Source: an uncultured delta proteobacterium (GTDB lineage Bacteria; Myxococcota_A; Polyangia; Fen-1088). Taken from it: a stretch of 64,000 bases of DNA. Below, one piece after another: positions 32,510 to 42,012 of this stretch. Within the stretch, counting starts at the first letter, position 1, and every line of letters starts with the position of its first letter. A program made the translations under genes and the position numbers. The notes under the pieces were generated by a model that was not told where the DNA came from, searched no databases, and was given only the letters and a program-made list of their open reading frames with translations. The stretch is taken from positions 864,001-928,000 of the forward strand of contig CAVTRY010000011.1 in the NCBI GenBank assembly GCA_963737265.1, read 5' to 3'.

Positions 32510-35500
32510 TTCGGGGCCTCCGCGCGCGCCAGCAGATCGCCAAAATCGTAGTTCACACTGGTCACGCCGAAGTCGGGCTCGCGCTGGAATGGGCAGCGCA
32601 CGTAGTGAACGCGGTGGGTGCCATCCTCGTGGAATTCGACGATGGCCAGGATGAAATCGTCGGGCTTGTTAAGCGAGTAGAGGATTTCGTTCTTGGTCAC
32701 GGTGATCGTTTCCGCGCCCGCGACCCGACCTTTGACCTCGATGAAGCGAAGGCTGCCGTTACCAGGAACGCGGCTTTCGATGTCGTAGCCGAGCTTGTCG
32801 AACTCACGGTCGGTTGGCTCGAAACCGAGGTGACGCTCGACCTCCATCACCGCCGCGCGTGCGCGAGCGGCAGATGCCTGGGTGTCGGCGGTGCGGGCCG
32901 GTGTCGGCAGCGGCTTGTTCGACATCTGCGCCAGCAGGCCCACGGGGACGATCAGCAGCCCGCCAAGCGCGACCGGAGGAAGGGGAGAGATCTGGCGCTC
33001 TTGCTGCAATTCCGCCATGCGTTTCTCCAGGCGGGCCTGGAGTCCATCCGCGCGCTTTCGAGCTTCGCCCGAATTGAGCTTGGAGTTGCGCTTGCCCGCC
33101 TGCTCCTGCGATTTCAGCTCCTCGGCGCGGTGATCCCAATAGACGATTTCCTTGGTCAGCCGCTCCTTCACCGCCGCCTCGGTCTTGGCAATGAGTTCGA
33201 GCTTGCGCTTGAGGATCTCTTGCAGGTGCTCGGGGACCACGTGCTCGACCGCGTAGCCCTGGGCCTTCTGCTCCAGGTCGCCGCCGATCCATGCGCATTC
33301 GGGTCGAGCCAGGATCGCTTCGACGCCAGGCTCGTCGGCCTTCAAGGGGCGATAGTCCAGGTAGGGGGCGTAGTGGATGTGCCGGGCGTCGCCTGACGAA
33401 GTGAGTTCCACGTAGAGCATGCGCTTGGAAACGACCCTGCGCTCTCCGGCGCGCGTGAGTCCGGCGTCCTGAATCGCGTGCTCAAGGTAGAACAGCACGC
33501 GCGGCTGGACTCCTGGATCGCGTTCATCGACCAGGATGGTGCCCCGGCGCAGGAGATCGCGGTGGCGTTCAAAGGTCAGGTCGATGGCGGCATCGAGCAA
33601 GGGATGGCCGGGGCAAACGAAAGCGGCGAGCGTCTGGCCTTGCGGCGCGACCAGATCCTTCTCGAAGGCGATGCGCTCGTAGCGCGGCAGAATTCGCTCG
33701 CCATGCCCAAGGGCGTGATCACGGGTGCGCACGGGCGCAGGAACGTGGGTGATCTCATATCGGCGCGACTCGCGCTGCTTGGCCGTCCCGCCCAGGCGCT
33801 GAAACGCTTCCAGGAAGAACGACTCGATGTAGTGCGGTTGTAGCCGCCGAGCCTCGGCGCGCTCCATGTCCTCGCGGATGCGGTGAATGCGGCCAGCGTC
33901 CATGGCATCGTGAACCAGGGCGTGGTCATCGAGCAACGACTCGATGGCCTTGCGGTCGAAAACGCTGGCCACCGTTTGGGTGAGGTGCGCGCGAACCTCC
34001 GGCCGCTCGCCGAAGCGGATCGCCTCGATCAGCAATTCACGCAGCGGTTTGCCCTCGAACTGGAGCTTGCCCAGCACGTCGAAGACTTGGCCGCCGAGGG
34101 ACTGGCGCGCTTGTTCAAGCTTTTCCAGCAACGTGCGATACACGTCGCCCTCGCGGGTTTCCTCGGCTACCAGGTTCCAGAGGTGGCAGGGCTCTTTCTG
34201 GCCGATGCGGTGGATGCGGCCGAAGCGCTGCTCGATGCGGTTCGGGTTCCAGGGCAGGTCATAATTCACCATCAGGTGGGCGCGCTGGAGGTTCACGCCT
34301 TCGCCAGCCGCATCGGTGGCGAGAAGAACCTTCACCACTGGGTCGTGCTTGAATGCTTCCTGCGCCTTTGCTCGTTCCTCGCGCCCCATGCTGCCGTGGA
34401 TAGCGACGACGGCATCCGGACCAAGAGGCGTGGAGATGCGGTCTTGCAGGTAGTTCAGGGTGTCGCGGTGCTCGGTGAAGATGATGAGCTTCTGGTGGAC
34501 AGATGGCACCGGGCGCGGAATATCGCCTGCCCCGTAGGGCGATTCAGGCTCACCAGCGCGACCGGCGGTCGCCGCCGTGGTGAAAATCTCCGAGAGCAGG
34601 CCCGACAACTCTCTCCACTTCTTGTCTTCGCCGCTGCGACGAACGGCGGAGGCCATGGATTCCAGGCGCTTGAGCGTATCGATCTCGGCTTTCAGCTCGG
34701 TGATGGTGCGAGAAGCAGTGGCTTGGTCGAGGATCTCCGCCTCGGCGACCTCGACCTCGTTCTCGGGCGCGTCCTCCAGATCCTCGACATCCTCGTCATC
34801 GAGGTCAGGCTCGGCCGTGGGGATGGTCTGGGCGAGCTTTCCACTGCGCTGGAGAAGCTCCATCTCGCGCAGTCGAGATTCGAGACGTTCGCGGCGACGG
34901 CGCAAGGATTCGCTGATGGCTGCGGGCGAGGAAGCCAGGCGGCGTTGCAGAATCGTCAAGGCGAAGCCGACGGTGCCAGCGCGTTTGTCGTTCTGGAGCT
35001 TTTCGGCTCGGTTGAACTCTTCGCGCACATACTCGGTGACGGCCTTGTAGAGAGCCGCCTCGGCGTCGGAGAGCTTGTACGGGACGGTGTAGGCGATTCG
35101 CTTCGGAAAGATTGGTGTGGCGTCGAACTTGAGCAGGCTTTCCTTGGTCATCCGGCGCATGAGATCCGATACGTCCGGCGTCTTGGAACCATCGCGAACG
35201 CGGCCCTCGAAGCGGTCGCCGTCGAGCAGGGCCATGAATAGCTGGAAGTCCTCTTCCTTACCGTTGTGCGGGGTCGCGGTCATCAGCAAAAAGTGCCGCG
35301 TGACCGTCGAGAGCAACTGCCCGAGGAGGTAGCGCTTCGTGTACTTGACCTCGCCGCCAAACATGCTGGCCGACATCTTGTGGGCCTCGTCGCAGACCAC
35401 AAGATCCCAGCGGCAGTCGGGCGCGCTGAGCTTCGCTTGCACCTCCGGGTTGCGAGAGAGCTTGTCGAGCCGGGCGATGGCCAGGTTTGTCTCCAGGAAC

Positions 35501-36084
35501 CAGTTGCCCGAGCGAGCGGCTTCGAGGTTGTCGTTGGTCAGGATGTCGAAAGGCAGGTTGAACTTCTTGTAAAGCTCGTCCTGCCACTGCTCGGCGAGGG
35601 AACCGGGGCACACGACAAGGCAGCGTTGGAGATCGCCACGGGCGATCAGCTCTTTCATCAGCAACCCGGCCATCACCGTCTTGCCCGCGCCTGGGTCATC
35701 GGCCAGTAGGAAGCGGAGCGGCATTCTCGGCAGCATGGACTCGTACACCGCCGTGATCTGGTGCGGGTAGGGATCGATCACGGAGGTGTGAACGGCGAGC
35801 ACCGGGTCAAAGAGATGGGCCAGCCTGATCCGGTGAGCCTCGGATACCAGGCGGAACAAGGCACCGTCACCGTCGAACCCCCAGGGACGGCCCGCCTGCG
35901 CGACTTCGAGCTGCGGCTCGTTGTGGCGGTAGAGGAGCTGGTTCGCCACCCGCCCGGAGGGATCTTTGTACGTCAGCTCCAAGGCCGACGAGCCAAACCA
36001 CTTCACATTCACCACGGTGACCAAGGCGTCTGGCAGGACTCCCCGCACGGCGGCGTTAGGGGCAAGGTCTTCAAGTTTGGTCAT
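32506..36084 (-). CDS. SNF2-family helicase with C-terminal DUF3883 (NOV_C) nuclease-like domain
   Basis: LADDPGAGKT, DEAH, TATPH, QRFGRIHRIGQ; GYDIES..IEVKG. Confidence 0.92.
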   Translation of the reverse strand: MTKLEDLAPNAAVRGVLPDALVTVVNVKWFGSSALELTYKDPSGRVANQLLYRHNEPQLEVAQAGRPWGFDGDGALFRLVSEAHRIRLAHLFDPVLAVHTSVIDPYPHQITAVYESMLPRMPLRFLLADDPGAGKTVMAGLLMKELIARGDLQRCLVVCPGSLAEQWQDELYKKFNLPFDILTNDNLEAARSGNWFLETNLAIARLDKLSRNPEVQAKLSAPDCRWDLVVCDEAHKMSASMFGGEVKYTKRYLLGQLLSTVTRHFLLMTATPHNGKEEDFQLFMALLDGDRFEGRVRDGSKTPDVSDLMRRMTKESLLKFDATPIFPKRIAYTVPYKLSDAEAALYKAVTEYVREEFNRAEKLQNDKRAGTVGFALTILQRRLASSPAAISESLRRRRERLESRLREMELLQRSGKLAQTIPTAEPDLDDEDVEDLEDAPENEVEVAEAEILDQATASRTITELKAEIDTLKRLESMASAVRRSGEDKKWRELSGLLSEIFTTAATAGRAGEPESPYGAGDIPRPVPSVHQKLIIFTEHRDTLNYLQDRISTPLGPDAVVAIHGSMGREERAKAQEAFKHDPVVKVLLATDAAGEGVNLQRAHLMVNYDLPWNPNRIEQRFGRIHRIGQKEPCHLWNLVAEETREGDVYRTLLEKLEQARQSLGGQVFDVLGKLQFEGKPLRELLIEAIRFGERPEVRAHLTQTVASVFDRKAIESLLDDHALVHDAMDAGRIHRIREDMERAEARRLQPHYIESFFLEAFQRLGGTAKQRESRRYEITHVPAPVRTRDHALGHGERILPRYERIAFEKDLVAPQGQTLAAFVCPGHPLLDAAIDLTFERHRDLLRRGTILVDERDPGVQPRVLFYLEHAIQDAGLTRAGERRVVSKRMLYVELTSSGDARHIHYAPYLDYRPLKADEPGVEAILARPECAWIGGDLEQKAQGYAVEHVVPEHLQEILKRKLELIAKTEAAVKERLTKEIVYWDHRAEELKSQEQAGKRNSKLNSGEARKRADGLQARLEKRMAELQQERQISPLPPVALGGLLIVPVGLLAQMSNKPLPTPARTADTQASAARARAAVMEVERHLGFEPTDREFDKLGYDIESRVPGNGSLRFIEVKGRVAGAETITVTKNEILYSLNKPDDFILAIVEFHEDGTHRVHYVRCPFQREPDFGVTSVNYDFGDLLARAEAPK

Positions 36085-36544
36085 TGGTTTTGTCTCGGCG
36101 AGGAGGTGAGCGGCGGTGCTCAGGTCATCTGGGAACCGACGCGCATTTTACGCGCAAGGGCGGATGCAGCGGGGAAGAATCGGCAAACCGAAGAGGCGGC
36201 GGAAGGCGTCTCTTTGACGCGACTTCTTGGGATCTGACGCGCCTTCGATCTTCACGTGTGATGGTCCATCGTAGGTCACCGATCCCTAATCAATAGAGAC
36301 AGTAGATGGACCGGGTGTGCGACTGCGCTCAGGTGTTGTTGCACGAGCGCACGGGTATTGCGCCCAATTACAGTCCGGCATTGTTCAGCGACTGGGGCTC
36401 TCAATTGCAAACCCGCCAGAGACTCAGCGCCTGACTGGTTTAATTAGTAGGGTCTGTAATACTTAGATGCATGAACCGAACGATGAGGAGATGGTGTCTT
36501 GTCTGCGAGGCGGCCTGCAAAGAGAACACACTGTTCTGCTCGCC

Positions 36545-37297
36545 ATGATGGCCTGGCGTTGTGTTGCCTGCGGTGCCTTCTACCAGGGGCATCTTCGCGT
36601 CTGCACCTCCTGTTGGCGGGATGGACAGATCGCTCCGTGCGGACATCGCCAGAGTGCAAATATCGACCACGTCCCGGCAACAAGCAATGCTCGCTCCCTC
36701 GCGCGCATGGGATGGAGCCGCCTCAAACATCCCGGCAGATATGAAGCCCTGATTCTTGGCGCCGGCGCTCTCCTGCTCGTGAGCGGTTTTCCAGGGGCGG
36801 GCAAGTCAAGCTGGGCGTGTATCTTGCTCGACGCCATCGTCGGCCCTGTGCTCTTGGTCGCCGCCGAGGAGGGCCTGGGTCCATCGCTTTCCGCGCGACT
36901 TTCACGCTGCGGAATCAAGCGCCAGGACTTCTACATCATCGCTCGGGCAAGCGTCGATGCTGTGGCGGAGTACGCAATCGCGAACAAGGTGGTCGCCATC
37001 TTGATCGACAGCGTTCAGGAGGCTTCCTGGTCCGCACAGGACCTACGCCACTTGCTCGCCGTGGTGCCAACGCTGGACCTTTTGATTGGCGTCCAACAAG
37101 TCAACAAGGAAGGCGCGCCCGCCGGACTGATGGCCCTCCAGCATGAGGCCGATGTCCAGGTGACCGTCGAAGTCATGCAATGGTCGTTGAAGAAATCTCG
37201 CTACCAAGATCTCGCCAGTGTTGGCGGTGAAGTTTTGCCGAGGCGTGATCCAGAGATCACCGCAAATGAAAGGAACCTGTCCGATGTTGACACATAG
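36545..37297 (+). CDS. Short RadA/Sms-like ATPase (Zn ribbon plus RecA fold, no Lon-like C-domain)
   Basis: CVACG..CTSC, Walker A GFPGAGKS, AEEG, Walker B LIDSVQ, QVNKEG, HEADV. Confidence 0.75.
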   Translation: MMAWRCVACGAFYQGHLRVCTSCWRDGQIAPCGHRQSANIDHVPATSNARSLARMGWSRLKHPGRYEALILGAGALLLVSGFPGAGKSSWACILLDAIVGPVLLVAAEEGLGPSLSARLSRCGIKRQDFYIIARASVDAVAEYAIANKVVAILIDSVQEASWSAQDLRHLLAVVPTLDLLIGVQQVNKEGAPAGLMALQHEADVQVTVEVMQWSLKKSRYQDLASVGGEVLPRRDPEITANERNLSDVDT

Positions 37298-37625
37298 ATG
37301 CGTCTATTGCCTGACCAACAACAGTTCAGAAGTAAGGTTCGACAAACGAGGCAAGCCGTACACGACCTGTCGCGCATGCGGATCTCGATCCTTCTTCCAA
37401 TCCATTCACGCTTGCCGAGGCTTGGCAGTAATGCCCGACCTACTCGAAGAAGCCATGAGAAAGCGCGAGGCTGACAAAGACTACTGCAAGGAATTCGACG
37501 ACAAGATTGCAGCCATGGTCGCGCAGGTGAGCAGTGTGCTTGCAGCTCCCGCTGCGCTGCCGCAACTGCCCGTGGCTGGCGGGATGAACCGCCCACTGAT
37601 GGAACCATACCGGGAGGCAAAGTGA
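37284..37625 (+). CDS. Small zinc-finger protein
   Basis: RBS AAGGA; CVYC..DKRGKPYTTCRACG. Confidence 0.65.
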   Translation: MLTHRCVYCLTNNSSEVRFDKRGKPYTTCRACGSRSFFQSIHACRGLAVMPDLLEEAMRKREADKDYCKEFDDKIAAMVAQVSSVLAAPAALPQLPVAGGMNRPLMEPYREAK

Positions 37626-37978
37626 TGGCAAAGCTAACGTCGCAAGAACTCATCGCGATGGCGAGGCAAACAGACCTTTCAACCACTGCGCCTTTTCAGC
37701 AGCCACGAGGTCTATCCGTCCCGACGCCCAAACCGCCCGCCGATTCTGCTGCCACTCCGGGCGTCGAGGACTCGGCCGAAAGGGCTGCTCAGAGAGCCAT
37801 GCTTATCGCCAAGGTCCGAAAGCAACAGGAGGAGCTGCCCATCGTGGCTGCCGACCAAGCATTCCGTGGTGCCGTAGCTGGCGGCATCGCTGGACTGGGT
37901 TGCTTGCTTCTGCGGGGCCTTTTCATGGCAACGCCGCCAGCGAGCGCACCGCCGGAGGAGGAATACTACGATGAGTAG
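37622..37978 (+). CDS. Small hypothetical protein with Gly-rich hydrophobic C-terminal helix
   Basis: Overlaps both neighbours; GAVAGGIAGLGCLLL. Confidence 0.6.
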   Translation: MMAKLTSQELIAMARQTDLSTTAPFQQPRGLSVPTPKPPADSAATPGVEDSAERAAQRAMLIAKVRKQQEELPIVAADQAFRGAVAGGIAGLGCLLLRGLFMATPPASAPPEEEYYDE

Positions 37979-38189
37979 CCCACTCGGATTCGCGCAGTCG
38001 GCGGTGAGTGTAGTTCTTGGCCGTGACCACCTCGTAGGGCGAGATCTCGACGAGATGTCGATCCCCGAGTTGGAGGCGCGGGCGGCTGTGAACGAGGACC
38101 GACTGCGTCTCGCCCGCCAGGCCGGTTGGATCGCTGGCTTCGGCGGCGGCCTCCTCGGCACGCTCAGCGTGGCGAAGATGATGAGGTAG
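37971..38189 (+). CDS. Small hypothetical protein with Gly-rich hydrophobic C-terminal helix
   Basis: RBS GGAGGA; AGWIAGFGGGLLGTLSV. Confidence 0.6.
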   Translation: MSSPLGFAQSAVSVVLGRDHLVGRDLDEMSIPELEARAAVNEDRLRLARQAGWIAGFGGGLLGTLSVAKMMR

Positions 38190-38248
38190 ACTGAAGGTTG
38201 GCCACGGAACTGATTTCCACACCGGAATAATCCGTGTACCCCGAGTTA

Positions 38249-39310
38249 TCAGTCGACCTCCGCTACCTGCGAAGGCCAAACACAGCTTCCATAGCCAATG
38301 TCTTGGGCCTGGGGCGCACGCTTCTTCCCTGGGTCGTGTGGCACATACTCCACACGAGGTGCGAGCAGGAGGCGAATGAGAGAGGGATTCAGTCCAGCGG
38401 ACGAACGAGTTCTGATCTTCCACAACAACTGCGCGATTTCTTCCGTGCAATTTAGCCATCCCGCCACATCCTCTATCGTGCATGCAAAGACAGGTGGGTC
38501 AAAGTGGTTGAGGTGGTTCCGCACATATTTGAGCCTCTTTAGTGCGTTCAGCTCCTTTTCGACATTGTCGAGCGCCTTGCCTGTGATTTTGTTGACCCAC
38601 TTAATCTTGTCCAAGAATCGGCCGACTGTTGGCGGCCCCACTTTCTCTTCATCAAACCTCCAACCCATTGCAAATTTGTCGTACTTACCTTTGTAGTAGA
38701 GCTGATGAAGCGTCGTCTCCACGACCGACACTGACGAGTTCAAGTAACTGAGCAGGTCGTGCATCCAGTCGGAGTCCAACGCAAGCATTGTGTCGCTACG
38801 TTCAACCAGGCTCGTTCGGACCTTGAGAACGAGTCCCTGGAGAAACCCTTGCATAGAAGAGAAGGCGATTCCCTCGCGATCAATCTTTGGAACCAAGGGG
38901 AATTCTTTTCCATTGGAGCTTGGCAACTCAAAGACCAGTGATGGAGGCTCTGCTTGGTTGCCAAGCGCTTGGAAAGACAAAGCGATAACCACCGATGAAT
39001 CGATCCAACATTCGCGCGGCTGTGGTCCATTGGAAGGCCAACTGCGATTGGCCACAAGGTCACGTACAAGGTCGCCGAACCTCATCCGTATGACTTGCAC
39101 CTGCCCTTTCTTGTCTTCCCACTTGATGGTCATTTGCGCTTGCTTTTCCCATCTCTTTCGACTCCACGTATTGCCTGAGATCTGGTTCATGACTTCGACG
39201 GCGATCTTTGCTGCAAGATCTTCCCTTGCGTACCCTGGAGTAAAGCGCAGCGGCTTGTATCCGTTGGCGATGAACGCCGATGAATGTGACGTGTCGAAAG
39301 TTGCCGTCAT
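38249..39310 (-). CDS. Hypothetical protein with HEPN-like Rx4H motif
   Basis: VRNHLNHF in a helical C-terminal region; visibly lower GC. Confidence 0.6.
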   Translation of the reverse strand: MTATFDTSHSSAFIANGYKPLRFTPGYAREDLAAKIAVEVMNQISGNTWSRKRWEKQAQMTIKWEDKKGQVQVIRMRFGDLVRDLVANRSWPSNGPQPRECWIDSSVVIALSFQALGNQAEPPSLVFELPSSNGKEFPLVPKIDREGIAFSSMQGFLQGLVLKVRTSLVERSDTMLALDSDWMHDLLSYLNSSVSVVETTLHQLYYKGKYDKFAMGWRFDEEKVGPPTVGRFLDKIKWVNKITGKALDNVEKELNALKRLKYVRNHLNHFDPPVFACTIEDVAGWLNCTEEIAQLLWKIRTRSSAGLNPSLIRLLLAPRVEYVPHDPGKKRAPQAQDIGYGSCVWPSQVAEVD

Positions 39311-39581
39311 CAAAGCCCTCCAATTCATGTTGGACTGCCAGCTCAACCAGCGCTGAGCGTAACATGCCAATAAGTTGACGTGTGCTAGTTTCAGGGCAAT
39401 GCAGATGCTGGCGCGCTATCATGAAGTTGTGCTCCAAGGCTCCACCGGCCGCGCCTTCTTGCCTCGGAACCCGATCTGTTTCTCTGACGGAACGGGCAAC
39501 AGGTTCCAGACAACCGGGTAGAGCGACTGGATGTTGACTGCGGGCTAATGAACCGCCGCGAATTCGCTGTAGGACACCCTC

Positions 39582-40850
39582 TTAGACTTCAAGGAACTCC
39601 AGCAGGTCCGCGAGGTAGGTCTGGGACGTGTGAAGGAGTCCGCCAAGATAGACACGGCACAATCCGTTCTTGCTCGTCCACCGGTCCTGGTAGTCGAACA
39701 TCTGGTCGAACCAGGTGTCATTGTCTTCGCTCCAACCCTTGATAGCCAGGTTTTCCGGCATTCGCTCGTGACTGTGACGCATCTCTTGCCACTTATTTTC
39801 ACAGAGCAATGTTATGAGGACAACCTTACGCTTCGAGCCGTGCCAACTTGTGAGGCGATGGACTAGGTCGTTGATGTGGACATCGCCAAAGCCGTATCCG
39901 ACGACAACCAGGCGACTGTTGTCTTCCAACCACTTGCCGAAGGTGCGGTAGTAGCTTGCATACGGTTCTGCCGAGAGTACCTTGTCGGGTTTCTGCAAGC
40001 CGGTAAGCATGGGACCAACTATCAGCTCAGCTCCCGACTGGGATTTTTGAGAGGAGCCGTGGCCCCACGATTTCTGGGCCGCTTCGGGATCGTCATGCCA
40101 ATAGAGGTCGTGCCGCGAGTCTTGAAAGGCAAAGCGGTTGATGTCATGGGCACCAGACCTGTATCCCCAGTGGATGCTTCCGTGCAGATGGACCAAGTGG
40201 TTGCCCGGCTGGCGTAGTACGCAGGGCGAGAACCTCTTTGCGTTCTCGCCCGGAATAGGCTGGAATCCCTGGTTCAACTCGGGGCGTGCCATCTCGATAA
40301 GGTTGTCGTAGTTGGTGGTCGCGATGTCCAGCCGGTGCCCGCTTGCAAGGGCGTCCCAGAAATATTGGTATTTCTGCCACTCGTCCGTCATGTCACGGTT
40401 GGGATCATGGCCAGAGAAGATCGAATGGAGGCGACGGAAGAAGTAGTTTGCGGCGGTGGCTGCTGTCATGCCCTCAAAGAGCGGCAGCAATTCCGCGCGT
40501 GGTCCGCCAGTGACAAGGCTGAACATGTTTCTCATGTGGCCACTTCCAGTGGCGCGCCAGGCGTGCTGCATGGTGATGACCGTTTCCAGGCAGTGAAGAA
40601 GATGCTCGAAATTGGGCTCTGATGATGGTGCCCATTGGCCAAGTACGGCCAGCGTCTGCCGTAGCATCTGAAGCTCATCCCGCGTCAGACGCCGATCGTC
40701 ATCTCCAGGTTCTCCTTCGACAAGCCTTTTCGTGGCTTCGGCCGTGCTTGGCACGCCTAGCTCCATCGAGGCTCCGGCCCCCACCAGTACAGTCAACCGG
40801 TCTGGCGTACTCGGAGATTCCCAACCATTGGTGGTGATGCTCTCGTCCAT
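39582..40850 (-). CDS. SIR2-like (SIR2_2) domain protein
   Basis: LVGAGAS, TTNYDNLIE, HLHGS, VGYGFGDVHIN. Confidence 0.85.
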   Translation of the reverse strand: MDESITTNGWESPSTPDRLTVLVGAGASMELGVPSTAEATKRLVEGEPGDDDRRLTRDELQMLRQTLAVLGQWAPSSEPNFEHLLHCLETVITMQHAWRATGSGHMRNMFSLVTGGPRAELLPLFEGMTAATAANYFFRRLHSIFSGHDPNRDMTDEWQKYQYFWDALASGHRLDIATTNYDNLIEMARPELNQGFQPIPGENAKRFSPCVLRQPGNHLVHLHGSIHWGYRSGAHDINRFAFQDSRHDLYWHDDPEAAQKSWGHGSSQKSQSGAELIVGPMLTGLQKPDKVLSAEPYASYYRTFGKWLEDNSRLVVVGYGFGDVHINDLVHRLTSWHGSKRKVVLITLLCENKWQEMRHSHERMPENLAIKGWSEDNDTWFDQMFDYQDRWTSKNGLCRVYLGGLLHTSQTYLADLLEFLEV

Positions 40851-40958
40851 GATGACTCGGCTGCGTTTCGGCCATCGTAGGCGCACGCCACGGGAGGTGC
40901 AACCAAGATGGATCACCATGGCTGCGCCCGCAGCCTGCTCGTCCCCAGCGTTTGGCAG

Positions 40959-41108
40959 CTATTTCTTAGGTGTTGGAGGCCGAACCGTAGTGCCCGCAAT
41001 TCCCGGATTCTGAGGGATCGAGAAGGCGGGCAGCTTTGGTTGCTGTGAATCGCCGACTACTACTTTATTGGGCTGCTGGGACTTGGTCAGATCCGTTTTT
41101 TCTGCCAT
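40959..41108 (-). CDS. Short Pro/Gln-rich peptide downstream of the DUF6338-like gene
   Basis: GGAG upstream of ATG; repeated SQQP; overlaps the 3' end of the upstream gene. Confidence 0.4.
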   Translation of the reverse strand: MAEKTDLTKSQQPNKVVVGDSQQPKLPAFSIPQNPGIAGTTVRPPTPKK

Positions 41109-41715
41109 CGACGCACTCCACTCGCGGTTGAGGATCGAAAAACTCAAGACATCGTAGGCGCGCAGCGGGAATCCAGCAACCCCTAGAATGCTCCACCAAC
41201 TTGACAAGGCAGCCGTCATCGCCCGTCACGTATTGTTTTTCAAGGTAAAGATCCTCGGTTCCGGGTCCGGATGAGCAAGAGTCGTTGAAGTAGGCTCCGG
41301 CCACGATGGAACCGTCATCAAGGATCGCGCGCACGAGCACCGCCTCACGCTTACCGAAAAAGTAGGACCATGCCGTCGGTCCGTTTGGATTGGCTCCAAG
41401 TTTTTGTCTGAACCATTCGCCACATCTTCCATCGGAGAACCTGCCGAACAGGAAGCCGGCGGTCATCGGCCAACCCAGAAGGGCCACTACCAGACCGACC
41501 CCAAGCCACCATCTGTTTTCAGGGTGAATCAGAAGAACAAAAGCGGGAACCGCGACGGCATGAAGAAAGGCACTTGAGGTCAATATCCCGATGATCTTCT
41601 CGTTGCCCTCGCGCTTTCTTAGGTGGGTGTAGCGGTCAACGACGCTTTGAAATACGAACCCTGGGATGAGAAAGAGGATGATGTAGGCAATCGAATCGAT
41701 CTTTACGTCTGGCAT
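41065..41715 (-). CDS. DUF6338-like membrane protein
   Basis: LIPGFV, three TM segments, PTAWSYFF, DLYLE. Confidence 0.7.
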   Translation of the reverse strand: MPDVKIDSIAYIILFLIPGFVFQSVVDRYTHLRKREGNEKIIGILTSSAFLHAVAVPAFVLLIHPENRWWLGVGLVVALLGWPMTAGFLFGRFSDGRCGEWFRQKLGANPNGPTAWSYFFGKREAVLVRAILDDGSIVAGAYFNDSCSSGPGTEDLYLEKQYVTGDDGCLVKLVEHSRGCWIPAARLRCLEFFDPQPRVECVDGRKNGSDQVPAAQ

Positions 41716-42012
41716 GGCGACTCCTGGTGAAGCAGCTTGTCACAAGGAACACTCCGACCACAAATTCGCGGAACGCGCGCCCATGTGCCCAAAGGGGCGA
41801 TCACCCTTGTGATGCAGCATGGACCTGCTTGATGGTCGCCGCCCGCCATGTGCAGCCGATGGCTTTCCCCGCGCTGGCAGTGCATGCGGAGCATGCAGCC
41901 ACGACGGCGATCTGAACGTGAACCAGCCGTCGGAGATACGCCGACCATGCTCACAGCGCTGGCTGAAAATCTTCTACCCGACGGGATCGTCATGTAACAT
42001 CCAGCGTCGAGG

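Noticed and set aside
36545-37297. Calling this gene host radA
   Set aside because: Too short, lacks the KNRFG motif and Lon-like domain, and lies within a mobile element
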